From Octopus sinensis (taxonomy: Eukaryota), in contig NC_043003.1 of assembly GCF_006345805.1 (NCBI RefSeq), positions 84,010,001 to 84,074,000 of the forward strand: a stretch of DNA of 64,000 bases, in the 5' to 3' direction. Shown here in pieces: positions 12,701 to 24,795 of the stretch. The notes under the pieces were generated by a model. It saw nothing but the letters and a program-made list of their open reading frames with translations, was not told the DNA's origin and searched no databases. Position 1 is the stretch's first letter. Each line of letters begins with the position of its first letter. Both the position numbers and the translations under genes were made by a program.

Positions 12701-13005
12701 GAACCTATGGTCAATACGTTTAGCTCTCAAACTCCACCAGGCTGCAATGAGCATCTCTGATAATCATTCGCTCCCACTCCATTTGTTGTTTTAGTTTCCC
12801 CTCTGCCAGCGTGACGAATGTGAAACCCGTTGCACTTCATTATACGTAAAGCGATAAGTAAAGCGTTAAGAAAGCAGAATAAAATTTCAAATACAAAAGA
12901 CAAACTCTAGCTCGTTTCGAATGATTTAGAATGTAAATCTTGTAAACTGGAACAAATTCAACAGCTTCAAACGCAGAAGTGTTAATCGCAAATGTGTGTG
13001 TATGT

Positions 13006-13340
13006 GGATGGAAGCACTCCGTCGGTTACGACGATGAGGGTTCCGGTTGATCCGAATCAACGGAACAGCCTGCTCGTGAAATTAACGTGTAAGTGGCTGA
13101 GCACTCCACAGACACGTGTACCCTTGACGTAGTTCTCGGAGATATTCAGCGTGACACAGAGAGTGACAAGGCCGGCCCTTTGAAATACGGGTACAAGAGA
13201 AACAGGAAGTAAGAGTGAGAGAAAGTTGTGGTGAAGAAGTACAGCAGGGATCACCACCATCCCTGCCGGAGCCTCATGGAGCTTTAGGTGTGGGAATCGA
13301 AACCGCGATCCTACGACCGCGAGTCCGCTGCCCTAACCAC
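13006..13340 (-). mobile_element. SINE family C, 5'-truncated with internal deletion
   Basis: Reverse complement of 16414-16783; TSD tgtgtgtatgt. Confidence 0.9.
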
Positions 13341-13920
13341 TGTGTGTATGTAGTGTGTGTGTATATTTATTGTGTGTGGGGGATTAACGTCGCGCTCTTG
13401 TCTCACTTGGGGAAAAATTGGGTCGATTCAAGGGAAAACGTTTGGGCTTCGTGCGAGTGTTGTTAGCTTGGTAGCCCATTTAGGTCGTAGTAGCAAAACT
13501 GGAAGACTCGTTCTTGGTGAAATAACCTAACTGCTTAGGTAATGGTCTTTATGTAGTAATTATTAAGTTATTTACGGTGCAAACTTCAAAAAGTATAACC
13601 ATGTTGTTTTTACATCAGCATACAATTTGACGAAAGGGAAATGAATAAAAGATTAAAAAGATATTCATACTATTTTTCGTAGCAGAAATATCATGTAAGT
13701 AAAGTGAAATAGCAGCTATGACTTGGAATCAATTCCTGGTTTCGATTTCCATTTGCTCGGATCTTATCCCTTTGAGACTCACTATTATAGGAATAACAAA
13801 TAATTAGATGAAAACGAATTAGAGAAGATTTAAAAGAAAGAAAACAAAGAAATTGAAATAGAATAAGCAGGAATTGTAGGCATCATGCCAGAGGAGAATA
13901 TTTTAAAATGAATCTTGTTT

Positions 13921-13976
<56 letters not shown>

Positions 13977-14689
13977 CTATTTTGATAAGGTATCAAATTT
14001 GTCCCTATGTTGTCTGGAACCAACTGCGGAAACTAAATAAGTAGCATTTTATGTGCATCTATCTATCCATCTATGTTCATTCAAGAAGATCCTGTAGCTT
14101 ACTGGAAGCATAATTAGTGGAAATATTTGCATAGGATTGTAATGAGAACCATCGCTATGCAGAAGAACAAGCAGAACAGTTTAATTCAACATTACGTTTT
14201 TGAGGAGCCAAATTGTAAAATGAGCATTTAAAAAATTTTTTTCGCATAAATATGTTTAAATATGGCGTCGAATTTGTAGAGTTATTAGCAGATTGGTATT
14301 TGTTCCAGCTCTCAGTGTTCCAAGTTCATATACTGCTTTGGTAAGATTTGTCTTTCGATAATTTAAGTACTGGTCTAAGGCGGCAGAATGTTAGAGCGTT
14401 GGCTGAGATATATTACTGTATTCGCTTCTGCTTTGTACATTCTGAGTTCAAATTCCACCTCCAGTGGCCAGAAAAAAAAATAAAGAAAGGATTCTTCAGA
14501 ACCAGGCAAAAACGGTGATAGACTTGGCAAGTCTTGAAGCAAGTCTTCAAGTAATTAACCGATTACCAGTGTATTAACTAGTAAGAGAGAAGCAGGAGGA
14601 CTTTCAAGTCCTGTGTATTGAAAAGAAGAGAACAGAAAGTGCTAAATAAATAAATAAATAAAAGCATTTAACTAATTTTGGCTCAAGAC

Positions 14690-14880
14690 AGCAATTTTGA
14701 GGGGAGTAGGGTTAGTCCATTACATCGACCCTAGAACTTAACTGGTACTTTATTTTATCAACTCCAAAAGGATGAAAGGCAAAGTCGACCTCGGTGACAT
14801 TTGAAGTCAACATAAAGAACAGGAAGAAATATCCACTCAGTATTTTGTCCGACATGCTTAACGATTCCACCAGCTAGCAA
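14690..14880 (-). mobile_element. SINE family A'
   Basis: gatgaaaggcaaagtcgacctcgg core on the - strand. Confidence 0.7.
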
Positions 14881-14912
14881 AAACTTTGTAATATTCAGAG
14901 AAAATATAAAGA

Positions 14913-15320
14913 GGCGCAGGAGTGGCTGTGTGGTAAGTAGCTTGCTAACCAACCACATGGTTCCGGGTTCAGTCCCACTGCGTGGCATCTTGGGCAAGTG
15001 TCTTCTGCTATAGCTCCGGGCCGACCAATGCCTTGTGAGTGGATTTGGTAGACAGAAACAGAAAGAAGCCTGTCGTATATATGTATATATGTGTGTGTGT
15101 GTATATGTTTGTGTGTCTGTGTTTGTCCCCCTAGCATTGCTTGACAATCGATGCTGGTGTGTTTACGTCCCCGTCACTTAGCGGTTCGGCAAAAGAGAAT
15201 GATAAAATAAGTACTGGGCTTACAAAGAATAAGTCCCGGGGTCGATTTGCTCGACTAAAGGCGGTGCTCCAGCATGGCCGCAGTCAAATGACTGAAACAA
15301 GTAAAAGAGTAATAGAGAGA
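14913..15320 (+). mobile_element. tRNA-derived SINE family B, full length
   Basis: Head gtggctgtgtggtaag...ggttcagtcccac, internal (TG)n, 3' ggcggtgctccagcatggccgcagtcaaatgactgaaacaag with a (TAAAAGAG) tail. Confidence 0.9.
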
Positions 15321-15660
15321 GACTCTTCTTATAAGAAATAACTCTTCATTGGAAACTATCTTTACTGAATAACACATCCCATCTGGGGTTTCCTTACCGG
15401 AAATTATACATTTGAAATTTCGTTTCTGTGATCCGGATGAAATAACAAAAAGTTTTGAAAAGTAATCATACAGTTTTCTATTTGATTAAATAAAGGCTGT
15501 TTTTGCACGTTAATTATGTTCTATCTATCTATCTATCTATCCCCCCACACACAGTATGTACAATCTTCTCTACATCACCAGCGGTTAATAAGTTGTGATT
15601 GTATGACCAGTAAAATGGCTTAATAAGTTACGGATGATGGGTTCTAAACAAAGTTGCACG

Positions 15661-15826
15661 CAGGGCCGGCACAAGGTACCGACAAATCGGGTAGTCACCC
15701 GGGGCGCCATGTGCTAGGGTGCGCCAAGGAGGGTGTGACAAAGACAAGGAAATTTCCACGACCGTCAGCTTGTATACGCCGATGTTCAGCTTGCTCGGAG
15801 CGTCAGCAACCCTATGGCTGGCCCTG
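15661..15826. mobile_element. hAT-type MITE
   Basis: TIR cagggccggc / gctggccctg (9/10) with a perfect 8-bp TSD gttgcacg. Confidence 0.85.
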
Positions 15827-15871
15827 GTTGCACGTTAAGTTCTACTAACACATACATGCATGCATGCATGC

Positions 15872-15947
<76 letters not shown>

Positions 15948-16413
15948 GGGGAAGGAGAGAGAGAAAGAGAGTTGTGCAGTTCGTTTGTCTTTTATGTTTA
16001 GTCCCAGGTCGATCTTACTTTAGAAAGCCTATTCTAGCAGTGATCATTTCATTTTTCAGACGCCTATCCCATACTACGTTATCCAACTGTTCTTCTCTAT
16101 TAAAACTGACAGTGTGTAACTTAATAGAGTTGGTTGCTACTTCTAGAATGTCGAAAACCTCACAAAGAGCAGTTGCTTCCCAACATTTCTTCACTCTAAC
16201 ACCTTTTTTTTATAACAAACTGAATGAGCCAGCATTTTTTGATAAGTCGAATCGCCAAGCTTCTTTAAATTTTTGGTAGCAGTCAAAAAGAGATAATTAA
16301 TTTTGAAAATGCTTCTCGTAGATTCGGAGCACCGAATTTTAGAGCCGCTTGGGGCTGCTAGCAACTCCAGTTTTGAAGCATTGAATCATATTTACTTGTC
16401 GTTAGTGATGTGC

Positions 16414-16783
16414 GTGGAGGCGCAATGGCCCAGTGGTTAGGGCAGCGGACTCGCGGTTTCGATTCCCAGACCGGGCGTTGTGAGTGTTTATTGATTGAAA
16501 ACACCTAAAGCTCCACGAGGCTCCGGCAGGGGATGGTGGTGATCCCTGCTGTACTCTTTCACCACAACTTTCTCTCACTCTTACTTCCTGTTTCTGTTGT
16601 ACCTGTATTTCAAAGGGCCGGCCTTGTCACTATCTGTGTCACGCTGAATACCCCCGAGAACTACGCTAAGGGTACACATGTCTGTGGAGTGCTCAACCAC
16701 TTACACGTTAATTTCACGAGCAGGCTGTTCCGTTGATTCGGATCAACCGGAACCCTCGTCGTCGTAACCGACGGAGTGCTTCC
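16414..16783 (+). mobile_element. tRNA-derived SINE family C, full length
   Basis: Head ggaggcgcaatggcccagtggttagggcagcggac...ggtttcgattccc; perfect 10-bp TSD agtgatgtgc. Confidence 0.9.
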
Positions 16784-17046
16784 AGTGATGTGCATGGTTC
16801 TATAGTTCCACCGAGAAACCATGGTAACTACATGCTATAAGAGAGTTGGTGGATTAGTTAGAAAATTATAATTGTCTGAAGTTGAAAGCAAAATTTAATT
16901 AGCGATAAGTGAGATAAGACAGAAAAATAGTTACGCTTTATGATTGTTAACATGTGTAGCAGTAAGAAATAAGCATAGCTTTGCAAATGTTGAACAAATT
17001 AGTTCAGATTATAAAATGACTGATGTTTTTGAGAATAAATAATATG

Positions 17047-17440
17047 AGGAGCGGCTGTGTGGTAAGTAGCTTGCTAACCAACCACATGGTTCCGGGTTCA
17101 GTCCCACTGCGTGGCATCTTGGGCACGTGTCTTCTGCTATAGCTCCGGGCCGACCAATGTCTTGTGAGTGGATTTGGTAGACGGAAACTGAATGGAAGCC
17201 CGTCGTATATATATATATTTTTTTTTTTTGTGTATCTGTGTTTGTCTCCCTAGCATTGCTTGACAACCAATGCTGGTGTGCTTATGTCCCCGTTACTTAG
17301 CGGTTCGGCAAAAGAGTCCGATAGAATAAGTAATGGGCTTATAAAGAATAAGTCCCGGGGTTGAGTTGCTCGATTAAAGGCGGTGCTCCAGCATGGCCGC
17401 AGTCAAATGACTGAAACAAGTAAAAGAGTAAAAGAGAGTA
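17047..17440 (+). mobile_element. SINE family B, full length
   Basis: Highly similar to 14913-15320. Confidence 0.9.
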
Positions 17441-18565
17441 TAGGGTTTTGCAGCAGAAAACTAAGGTTTTCTTAGCCCATTTAAAATACATAATGTTTGA
17501 GGAAATAACCAGAAATATTTTCTTCCACTCAATCAAATTTAGATACCGCTCTATAAACAGTTAGTCTTATTCCTGAAAGAATTACTGTAGAAGATCTATC
17601 TCCCACGTTCTTTCTTAATTGAATAAAATTCTCTCCCGTAAGCTATTTGTTTTTCTTGGCTGTTTATCTTCTCTTTTCGAAATGAGTGCCTGTTGATGTA
17701 CATGTTAGATATGTGAGATATCAAGTACATATACTAATCCAGGGAACTAATCAAAGAGTAAATCATAGGAAAAATGTCACAGGAGGACTTCAAAATATGA
17801 CTGGTATAATGCTATTCATATACTGAATAAAATGTACGTATAATTATAAAAAGACGTCAATCATTGCGTACAAGTCATATATATATATATATATATATAT
17901 GTATATTCTCAGTTATAAAAAGCAAATTAAAATATTTAAGTACCTTTGATATCGTTTGTGTTATCTAAAAGAAATGTGATATTTTTTCCTGGGCAAAACT
18001 GCTTTTTATTTAACCCATAACTATTTATACTCACTCGACATACAGTTAATCGCTCTAAGTATGTGATTATGTCATACAAAAGAATAGATTTCTCAACAAG
18101 GTTGGTTTGTTTTAGATATACTGCATGAAGTGTAGTAGATCATCCACCAATCAAAAGCTGGCGTATCACCACTAAATGTTAATGATATATATGCTCTTCT
18201 ATTTAGACTTAAAATGATAGCTTAGCTAAAATAGTGGTATTTTACCTTAGATATATACGAGATATGCTTATATGTTAAAGTCAACTACAAAACGTTTGGC
18301 CCAAAATAAATGTGTTTCTTAGATACTTAGGCACTTGATTATAAGTATGGTCAAACAGATAGACATATTTAATAAATGTCATTTAAATATAGATATTACC
18401 CATAGTGAATCCCTCAATGAAAAGCTCTTGGGTAAAAAAAATACTGCTGTGGCATATTCAGCGTATAAAATAAGCAGTAGGTCATTCAGTAAAATAAGCA
18501 CCCGGCTCTCCTTTTCCACAGTCATTAAAAAAATCCCGATAAAAGCAAAAGAAAAAAATCCACTA

Positions 18566-19044
18566 CATGATCATCATCATTGTTCGACCGTGGTCGAGAC
18601 AATGGAATTTACCATGCTACGCCAGACTTCACGGTCCATCATGGCATTACGGAGGTCCTGTTGCTGGATGCCTGTATCCCTGGAGATTACATCAGGGTAG
18701 GAGAGTGTGCGCCCTCTGGTATTGCGAGTAGTTGGCTTCCAGAGGAGAAGAGTAGAAATTACTTCTTTTTCAGCTCTACAGCAATGTCCAGCAAACTGGA
18801 CTCTCCTACCTTTCACAAGAGATGACACAGGTGGTAGTTTCCCATATATTTGCATTTTGGTTGGATGGCGCTTCCACGAGAGATTTTGAGCTCTCATAAG
18901 GAGGCGAGTGTAGGTTCCATCCAACCGCCTCTCAAGCTTCTTTGATAACGTCCAGGTTTCTGAGCCATATAGTAGAATTGGTTCGACTGTGGCTTTGAAG
19001 ATTTCAAGTTTGAAGTCTCTACTTAGATTTGATGACCAGATCTT
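18566..19044 (-). mobile_element. 5'-truncated RTE/RTE-X-type LINE, C-terminus of ORF plus 3' tail
   Basis: Uninterrupted frame KIWSSNLSRDFKLEIFKATVEPILLYGSETWTL...RRVQFAGHCCR...RGRTLSYPDVI...MMDREVWR typical of the post-RT region of RTE-clade LINEs; ends in a (TGA)n tail. Confidence 0.9.
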
Positions 19045-19298
19045 ACAATGAAAGAAACGAACCAATAAGGGTATCATCACGCAATAATTCAACCTGTTAG
19101 AAATAGTAGTTAATCTATCTTGGATTACTCTCCCGTCTTAATGGACACGGTGAATAACGTAGAGCTTGATATTTAAAAAAGGGATGGAGGGCAAAATGGT
19201 CATGGTTAGAATGTATTTGATCACTTCTCTGCTTCACCATGACCTGCTGATCTGAACATTAAAACAAAAATGATAAGAAAAAGGAGAGATATACATAC

Positions 19299-19461
19299 AA
19301 GGATGGTTCGTCCATGACTTTGCGACATTTGGTGACTCCATAGAGCAAACTGCCTGTTAAGCCGCCAAGTCCGAGTAGTAATATAATCCAAGCAATGAGG
19401 GACGCGCAGGGAACATGTGACAGACATGTTAAGAACTTGTCACAGCAGTTCTCTTTGCGGG
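19299..19461 (-). CDS. M6: Internal coding exon of a proteolipid protein (PLP/DM20/M6; neuronal membrane glycoprotein M6-like) family gene: Cys-rich N-terminal segment plus TM1
   Basis: Translation (x)RKENCCDKFLTCLSHVPCASLIAWIILLLGLGGLTGSLLYGVTKCRKVMDEPS matches the family pattern C..CC..CL..(I/V)P(Y/C)ASLIA..L...G (GPM6A: GCFECCIKCLGGIPYASLIATILLYAG). Acceptor ttttcgttgcag, donor gtatgt; 163 nt, phase 1 in / phase 2 out, as for PLP1 exon 2. The symbol is family-level only; orthology not established. Confidence 0.85.
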
Positions 19462-20362
19462 CTGCAACGAAAACCAGAAAATTATTGTTAATATTATGAT
19501 TAAATATTAATTTTACTTCATTAAAATTCACAATAATATTTTGATGATCAGATTTCGAAGAAAATTTCATATTTTTTTAAAAATGAGTCTTAAATAATTA
19601 CAATTTGAAGACGGTCAAAAACTCTCTATGACATGTGTATGTGTGCGTGTGTGCGCGCGCGAACACCGGAAAATGTCATTCTGTCCGTCTTCTTGGACCA
19701 CAGCCAGCGCTTGTAGGCCACACGATCATGTATGCTAGTACGAAGTTCAGAGTCCTGATTTTTTCCGATTGACTGTATGTGTGTGTGTGAAATTGGATTT
19801 TACTATTCTGAATGTAAAAGAAAATAAGATACTGCATGTTGAAATATTAGGGTCTCATATAGACTTAGTTTTAGAAGAGTAATGTGGAAGACAGTAAGTG
19901 TCCATGCATTTATTGAAAACATGAGCAACAGAAAGAAAATCTTTTTATAGAGAGAAACAAAAAAATATGAGTAAAAGCTGATGTTTTATGTTGTACGAAA
20001 GAATGAAATTTTTCGTGTATGATTTTCCGTAGAAGTATTACTGAAAGTTATGATTTAAGACTAGAAATTTTAAAAAGCAGAATGCATAAAACTGACAATT
20101 CTGGTTTGTTAGTATTGACGAAGATAACCAAATCGAACCGAGCCTCCTGATAATACTAAAAATGTTACAGTAACATCAGCCATCACAAAACTCATTGTAT
20201 GTAGAAAGCTGGAATCTATTCCATCTCAATCACAGATTTTTAAAAATTAATTTTTTGTTTTTTAATTAAACAGTTCGAAACTTTAAATACTGGTAGAATT
20301 TCTCACGTAGAACGCGGTTTACTCTGAACATTTTTGACAAAATTTCTTATTTTAGAAGTTAT

Positions 20363-21162
20363 TTCGTGTTAAAGTTGTATTTGGGTAATTTCAACCAATC
20401 AACGACGTGTATTCAGTTGAAACCTCCTGCTGTTTGCGATAGTAATCGAAGAGGAACAACTTCTGGCCCATGTCTACTAAATGTCACCACTCTATTCGAA
20501 GAATCAACACCATAGAGCAACAAATCCGCAGCTAGCTTTTTTGTTGTTGACGTGTATGTAGTTTCAAAATGGCTTATTTTACAACTATGAGATGTATTGT
20601 TATTGTTATGATTTTATCTTACTATAATCAACAACAATCACATTTCGTCAATATAAAAGTCTTTATTAGATAAAAAAATAACTTTATCAAAACATGAAGG
20701 TAAAACAAAACAAATAGCAGCTTATACACCGGAAAATACGGTAATTGTAGTGGCAGTGACAAGTTCGCTCGCTGGTTGCTAGTGTAGAAAGGAGGGGAAG
20801 AGTAAGGAATGCACGGTGCTGACTAGAAAGGATGAAGGTGACATCGTCTTCGCTCGCCGTACGAATAGAACAGAGTGGTGACGTTTAGTAGAGATGACCC
20901 GGATCATTCAATATTTTCCAGTAGAGTCCATTTTTCTTTCAGAAAGAAAAGTTTGACAATGACGTCAACGTTTTTGTTTCAGTTGCCTTCTTCAGACAAC
21001 AAAGATGAAATGAAATAACTGTTAATCTTTCTCACGTCTCTGTGTTGATGCCATAGGAAATTTTAGAAATTTTTGAGAGTGAAATGATTCTTTTTCAGGA
21101 TATCACGAAGCACACTTCGTTGATTGGTTGAAATTACCCAAATACGACAACTTTAACACGAA
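20363..21162. mobile_element. Region bounded by ~43-bp inverted repeats, probable DNA-transposon relic
   Basis: ttcgtgttaaagttgtatttgggtaatttcaaccaatcaacga versus its reverse complement at 21117-21162 (3-nt indel). Confidence 0.5.
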
Positions 21163-21816
21163 GTCATTAAACAATCTGTGTCTGAGATGGAATAGATCCA
21201 GAAAGCGGTTCTCGTTGATAATTATTAGACAATGCATTGCTGCACACATACACGCACACACAACTATAGCTACCCTTTATATTGATCGAGTTTTTTGCAG
21301 TTCAGTATTTTTTTTTTTCAAGTGGTGGATTTTCTGATAAATACTACAATTGAAAACTCTCTTCCAATCGCGCTGTTTGTCGTTTCGAAAGAAACGAAGA
21401 TATTTATACGCGAATAAATTACAATGAAATAAGTTTGCCGTAAGAAGACAAGAAATTTAAGGTTAGGAGCAGGGCACTTCGTTATTGCGAGATGAAATAC
21501 TATATGTAAACATCTAATCTCCCTTCGGTGAAGAGCCCTATCCGATAGCTTTCATTTCTCTTCTTCGCGACAAAACTTAATTTCTTTCCCTTTGCAAACT
21601 GATTCTTCTTAGTCACTCGTTCTTTTTTTTCAGATTCTATTTCAGTCTACAATTAAACCACTCCTTCCATGAAATTTTATTGATATTCATGTTTCAAATA
21701 TTCTATTGCCTAAAACGTTTTCAATTAAAGTAGTGTTATATTAATGTAGATGTTTTCGATCTAGTTTGGATTCTTTGGAATCAAATTTGATGGCAAGAAT
21801 CCAAACCAGATCGAAA

Positions 21817-21859
<43 letters not shown>

Positions 21860-21863
21860 TAAT

Positions 21864-22076
21864 TCGTTAGCACGCCGGGCGAAATGCTTAGCAGTATTTC
21901 ATCTGCCGTTACGTTCTGAGTTCGAATTCCGCCGAGGTCGACTTTGCCCTTCATCATTTCGGGGTCGATTAAATAAGTACCAGTTATGCACTGAGGTCGA
22001 TGTAATCGACTTAATCCCTTTGTATGTCCTTGTTTGTCCTCTCTATGTTTAGCTCCTCGTGGGCAATAAAGAAATA
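21864..22076 (+). mobile_element. SINE family A, slightly 5'-truncated
   Basis: cgttagcacgccgggcgaaatg...gggcaataaagaaata. Confidence 0.85.
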
Positions 22077-22096
22077 TATGTAATTAATAACAAACC

Positions 22097-22310
22097 GAGC
22101 TGGCTGGCTGGATCGTTAGCACACCAGAAAAAAAAATACTTAGCGGCATTTCGTCCGTCTACACGTTCCGAGTTCAAATTTCACCGTGGTCGACTTTGTC
22201 TTCATACTTTCGGGGTCGGTAAAATAAGTGCCAGTTGAGCTCAGGGGCCGATGTAATCGATTTACCCCAGCCCGAACTTATTGGCCTGTGCCAAAATTTG
22301 AAATCAATAT
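22097..22310 (+). mobile_element. SINE family A' (same head/core as A, different tail)
   Basis: gagctgg...gttcaaattt...gtcgactttg...aaaatttgaaatcaat. Confidence 0.75.
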
Positions 22311-23304
22311 ATGCAATTAATTACTTTACTGAAAAAAGCCTAACTTTGTATATTTCTCTCTCGTGATTCTTTCTTAACGAAAGGATCAGGAAGATTTTTC
22401 TCTCCCTCACCCTTATGTCGTTTCAAATGAATTCGTTTACTAATTTGTGGCCAAGTTGATGGATTATCCCTTGAGGAAAAAAATATATATACTTGAAGTT
22501 GAGCTATTAGAGGGAAAGATGATCTGAACTCGTACATACCGAAGCTATATAGTCAAATAATTAAAGAAGGCTTGGAAGATTAATCTGTTAAAAAATGTAC
22601 TAATTTCTGCCAGTAGAGCTGACCTAGCAGATAGGTGATAACCTAACTTTAACAAATAAGCTTTTTAATGCTGGATGTTGAAATATTAGATTGAAGACTG
22701 ATTTGAGCCAAATTCTGAAGCTAATATATTCCAAAGAAATCTTAGCAGACTCATCTATTTGAACATTTACCAAAATAATTAATTGCTTTCCTAGGCGGAA
22801 GTATATTTCTTTTCAGTGGAGATATGAAACTTCCTTTCAGGAAGGAAACAAAGAAACAAAACTGGAAGAAAAAAAAAACAAACAAACATAAAACCCTAAG
22901 TATTTGGAACTTCGATGTAATTGGGTCCATTAAATAAATAAATAAATAAATAAAAGTCTTGTCTCTATAGTTACAGCTGTGCACGCGTATTTCTATTCTG
23001 AACTCTAAATTAGCAAAGATTTTAATGTGAATGATATCAGATGTGAAAGCCACCAATTTGAGACAGTAAAAGATAAACAGGACTGGTAAAGTTTAAACCA
23101 TGTATCCATCGTTTGCCAGTCGATTATGTTATCGCTTATTACACTTCAAACAAATGTATCTGCCACTCAGCACTCTTCGCTTTTACAATTTCAGCTTTAT
23201 TCTTTTAACTCTACCATTTTAATTCATCAGTCACAAATTACTAGCAGTGTAGTTTATTCTACAAATGTCTCGAATTGCCAGGTGCGTCACACAAGTTCGA
23301 TATT

Positions 23305-23660
23305 TTCTTTTATTCGCTTATCTCAGTCATTGGACTGCAGCCATGCTGGGGCACCGCCTTGGAACCGCCTTGGAGGGTTTAGTTGAACGAATCGATCCCA
23401 GTACTTACTTTTAAGCGTGGCACTTATTCTGCCGGTTCTCTTTGCCGATCCGATAAGTTATGGGGACTTAAACCAATGCCGGTTATCAAACTGTGGTGGG
23501 ACACATAAACACACACACGCATACGCGACGGGCTTCTTTCAGTTTCTGTCTACCAGAGTATGGTTGGTCAGGGCTACAGAAGATACTTGCACAAGGTTTC
23601 ACGCAATGGGACTGAATCCTGATCCATGTGACTGGAAAGTAAACTTCTTGCCAGACGACC
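23305..23660 (-). mobile_element. SINE family B
   Basis: Reverse complement of head and tail blocks. Confidence 0.75.
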
Positions 23661-24611
23661 AATAATAATCCTTTACAGAAAAAATGTATCGTATTCAATG
23701 CTTTATAGAGTATAACTGCATTTCAGCAAAATGCTGTAAAAATTACATAATACTTGTGGAAATATATTATCTTGCACCTCACCTCATCAGTGTTCCGCAA
23801 TGAATACTATGACAGATGTTGAAAACACTAAATATATACCACACAAATCCATGCCACACAATATAGCAAGAGTAAAAAAAAAAAAACTACCATGGATGTA
23901 CGAACCTATTGATGATGAAGGTTGAGGAATAATTACCATCAACTCCTTCAAATTTATGGCGTTATCCTACTGTTATATATTTTAAGGTTTGCAGAGTGAA
24001 AAATAAAGGCAACAGCAAACCACCGCAAGAGGATTTGTTAGTGTTAGTGGTGGGTAGAAATATAAACTTTGAAATAAAATACGAGACACCCCGAGTTCAA
24101 TATTGTAGTACACAGTTCATAATATTAGTGTTTCTATCATATTCGTTGACCTTGATTATTATAACAGAACATGAAAATATCAAATTATCAAATTTGTAAG
24201 TGGATTTAAGAACGCGTGACATTCGAACAAGCAAGCAAAAAAGAGACACAGAGAGGAAAGTTCTTTCCCAAAAAACCCAGTTGTAGTTGTGGTGGTATCT
24301 TAAATTCAGAGGGGACGAAAGGGGTCTAAAAAAAGAAAACGACTAAAAGGAAGAAAATGTACGCATATCTGAATGATTAATATTAGAATTCACAAATTGG
24401 AAAACATCCACTCTGATTAATTAAAACATTTTCCGAAAAAAAAAAAAGAAAAAAAAAGAGAAAACCCCGAAACATAAAAATTACTTGTCACAAACAACAA
24501 AATAACAAGGAAAATGTATCCATAATCTTTTTAATCTCTAAAGTATGTGTAGTTTCGACGTTGTAGTTCTTTTTGATAACATTCTCAATATCCAAATGTC
24601 CTATGAATATA

Positions 24612-24795
24612 TTAAGCTGGTGGAACTGATAGCAGTTTCGTCCGCCTTTACGTTTTGAGTTCAAATACTGCCGAGGTCGACTTTGCTTTTTATCTTTTCG
24701 GGGTCGATAAAATAAGTACCAGTTGAGCACTGGGTCAATGTAATCGGCTTACACACCTCTGAAACTGCTGGCTTTGTGACAAAATTTGAAACCAG
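24612..24795 (+). mobile_element. SINE family A'
   Basis: B-box, core and gtgacaaaatttgaaacc tail. Confidence 0.75.

Noticed and set aside
16414-16490. tRNA gene
   Set aside because: tRNA-like SINE head (A/B boxes) without a complete cloverleaf; the same applies to the heads of families A, B and D.
13057-17266. Pairs of similar ORFs (13057/16533; 14895/17009)
   Set aside because: They are translations of SINE copies, not paralogous genes.
19220-19298. 47-nt intron directly after the PLP exon leading to a next exon
   Set aside because: All three nearby AG acceptors give an in-frame stop within about 10 codons.
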